From the human T2T-CHM13v2.0 reference genome, Homo sapiens, in assembly GCF_009914755.1 (NCBI RefSeq), contig NC_060944.1: a DNA stretch of 64,000 nucleotides. One strand, 5' to 3'. Both the position numbers and the translations under genes were made by a program. Of this stretch, positions 61,281 through 64,000 are shown one piece after another; within the stretch, counting starts at the first letter, position 1; every line of letters starts with the position of its first letter. Under the pieces are notes generated by a model, which did not search any database, was not told where the DNA came from, and saw nothing but the letters and a program-made list of their open reading frames with translations.

Positions 61281-62245
61281 AAAGTCGTCAGTGTTATTAT
61301 CCCAATTTTGCAGATAACTGAGGCTCAGAAAGTTTGAATAGCTGGATCAGTTTCCCAAAAGCTAGAACCAGAATTTGGAAGCCAAATCTGTCTGAACCCA
61401 AAGCCCATGCATTTTCTATCCACCATGCTGCCTCCCGTATCATGAATTTGGAGCAGAGGACTTTCTTTGCCTGAGTGGGTAGGATGCAGGTGTGTCTAGA
61501 GAAGGCAGAGGGTGTCATGGGAACCCTGCAACCTGTGCAAGGTGAGCAGGGATTGGAACCACGGCAACAGGGAGGGCAGTTTGGAGCTAGCTGCTTGGTC
61601 CACCTCATGACCTTGACCCTAACCTAGGAACTACAATGAAATGAGTACACAGAAACCTCCAGTCATGCCCCTGACTAGATGTAAAACCCAAAGCACTTTG
61701 TATTATATTCCTGGTCCTTTTGTGCTTCCTTAGACCCTGCACGTGCCTTACGCTATAGCCCAACTCAGTTATTTGTCCTTTCCCAAATGCCACTGGTCTA
61801 AAGCATTCTGCCCTCACGCTGTCACATCCATTTTGTTCTTTATTCTGTATATGAAAATCCTGATCATTTTTCAGAGTCACTCTCAATATCTTTCTTGCCC
61901 TAACTAGAACCTTTACTCCATCCTTCCCTCCCTCCCATCCTTCCTTCTTCCATCACAAATTATCTGAGCAAACATTACATTGACAGAAATTATAATAGAT
62001 AATACAGGTGAGGGGGGTGGTGCATGCATATTTTCACCTTTCTTGATTTCTGTTCTCTTCATTACAATTCACCCCATAGAGTAGTAACTATCCTGCTTCT
62101 CATAAATTCGTTTATAAACCTTAAATGTTATCATGAACTATATTGTATCAATATTAGTTATATACTTATCTAACTCAGTAGAATGTAGACCTCTTAAGAG
62201 TAGGTACAAAATCTCATTCATTTTTATGTTCTCCACAAAGCTCAA

Positions 62246-63240
62246 TGCAGGGGGCCAGCCCCTCCACACCTGTGGGTATTTCTTGTCAGGTGGGATGAGA
62301 GACTGAGAAAACAAATAAGACACAGAGACAAAGTATAGAGAAAGAAAAGTGGGCCCAGGGGACCAGCACTCAGCACACGGAGGACCTGCACAGGCACCGG
62401 TCTCTGAGTTCCCTCAGTATTTATTAATTACTATTTCCACCATCTCAGCAAGAGGAATGCGGCAGGAGAGCAGGGTGATAGTGGGGAGAAGGTCAGCAAG
62501 AAAACACGTGAGCAAAGAAATCTGTGTCACAAATAAGTTTAAGGGAAGGTACTATGCCTGGATGTGCACATAGGCCAGATTTATGCTTTTCTCTACCCAA
62601 ACATCTCAGTGGAGTAAAAAATAATAAAGCAGCATTGCTGCCAACGTGTCTCGACTCCCGCCACAGGGCGGTTTTTCTCCTATCTCAGAATTGAACAAAT
62701 GTACAATCGGGTTTTATACCGAGACATTCAGTTCCCAGGGGCAGGCAGGAGATAGAGGCCTTCCTCAATCTCAACTGCAAGAGGCTTTCCTCTTTTACTA
62801 ATCCTCCTCAGCACAGACCCTTCACAGGTGTCGGGCTGGGGGATGGTCAGGTCTTTCCCATCCCACAAGGCCATACTTCAGACTATCACATGGGGAAAAA
62901 CCTTGGACAATACCCAGCTTTCCAGGGCAGAGGTCCCTGCAGCTTTCCACAGTGCATTGTGCCCCTGGTTTATTGAGACTGGAGAATGGCAATGACTTTT
63001 ACCAAGCATACAGCCTGTAAACTTATGTTAACAAGGCATATTCTGCACATCCCTAGATCCCTTAAACCTTGATTCCATACAACACATGTTTCTGTGAGCT
63101 CAAGGTTGGGGCAAAGTTACAGATTAACAGCATCCCAGGGCAAAGCAGTTGTTCAGGGTACAGGTCAAAATGGAGTTTCTTATGTCTTCCCTTTCTACAT
63201 AGACACAGTAACAGTCTGATCGCTCTTTCTTTTCCCTACA
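62246..63240 (-). mobile_element. HERV-K(HML-2) solo LTR (LTR5A/B-type), 995 bp
   Basis: Minus strand begins TGTAGGGAAAAGAAAGAG.GATCAGACTGTTACTGTGTC and ends CACAGGTGTGGAGGGGCTGGCCCCCTGCA; TATAAAA at 62718-62712; AATAAA at 62425-62420; TSD CTCAA at 62241-62245 and 63241-63245; interrupts an L2 3' end. Confidence 0.92.
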
Positions 63241-63507
63241 CTCAACACAGTGGCTTGCACATAGTAGGTCCTCATATTTGTTTAATCAAAAGGAATAAAA
63301 TGGTGTGTACATAACAGTTTCTATAATGCTGTTGATGATTTAACAGTTTCTTGGAGAATTTAATTGAGAGCCTTGCATAAAATTAGAGACTTCACATGAC
63401 TCTAGAAAGTATGAATGGGAAATTATCTGGAATTTTTTCCACAAGAATTAACTAGAGAATTGGAGATAGAACCTATCATAGAAAATGGGCCACTTTTTGC
63501 TGGTGCA

Positions 63508-63959
63508 TCCAATGTTGATGACATCGAAGGCACCCCTCCTGAGGAAATCTCAACTGCATGACCCCTACTATGCCCCAATTCAGCAGGAAGCAGTTAGAGC
63601 GGTCATTGGCCAACCTCCCCAACAGCACTTGGGTTTTCCTGTTGAGAGGGGGGACTGAGAGACAGGACTAGCTGGATTTCCTAGGCCGACTAAGAATCCC
63701 TAAGCCTAGCTGGGAAGGTGACTGCATCCACCTTTAAGCATGGGGCTTGCAACTTAGCTCACACCCAACCAGTGAGGTAGTAAAGAGAGCTTACTAAAAT
63801 GCTAATTAGGCTAAAACAGGAGGTAAAGAAATAGACAATCATCTATCACCTGAGAGCACAGTGGGAGGGACAATGATCGGCATATAAACCCAGGCATTCG
63901 AGCCAGCAACAGCAACCCCCTTTGGGAGCTCTGTTTTCACTCTATTAAATCTTGCAACT

Positions 63960-63991
<32 letters not shown>
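63508..63991 (+). pseudogene. HERV-W processed retrocopy: env C-terminal tail, PPT, LTR17 U3-R and poly(A)
   Basis: Frame reads DDIEGTPPEEISTA*PLLCPNSAGSS* (syncytin-1-like C-terminus; TAG at 63595-63597); PPT gagagggggga; LTR starts TGAGAGACAGG at 63656; ATTAAA at 63944-63949; no U5; ~30-A tail from 63962. Confidence 0.92.
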
Positions 63992-63993
<2 letters not shown>

Positions 63994-64000
63994 AAAAAGA

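Noticed and set aside
63518-63597. Functional syncytin-like env gene
   Set aside because: Only the last ~26 codons remain, with an in-frame TGA.

Overview
Human genomic DNA (an AluYa5-lineage element, HERV-K/HERV-W LTRs, many Alu, L2, MIR and MaLR relics). Almost all of it is intronic sequence of a + strand gene that I recognise from the peptide as MACROD2 (20p12.1). Three short phase-1 coding exons (1360-1407, 48858-48920, 53061-53129) splice in frame to give DDNNEEEEDVEMKEDS-DENGPEEKQSVEEMEEQSQDA-DGVNTVTVPGPASEEAVEDCKDE, part of the acidic C-terminal region, with introns of about 47.4 kb and 4.1 kb. Most supplied ORFs are repeat-derived or chance. I found no evidence for a new multi-gene system. 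The most notable structures are: (1) a 124-bp ungapped ~90% inverted repeat around a 394-bp TA-rich spacer holding nested copies of the arm ends (51601-52242); (2) a similar fold-back pattern in a second TA/TG microsatellite (14475-14776); (3) a 35-nt 3'-truncated U2 snRNA retrocopy with 18-bp target-site duplications (TSDs); (4) a 5'-truncated, polyadenylated HERV-W env/LTR17 retrocopy lying head-to-head with a solo HERV-K LTR5; (5) a 3 x 40-bp tandem array carrying CCAAT and POU-like motifs; (6) a nearly full-length Tigger1. Repeat family names come from recalled consensus sequences, and boundaries of old repeats are approximate.
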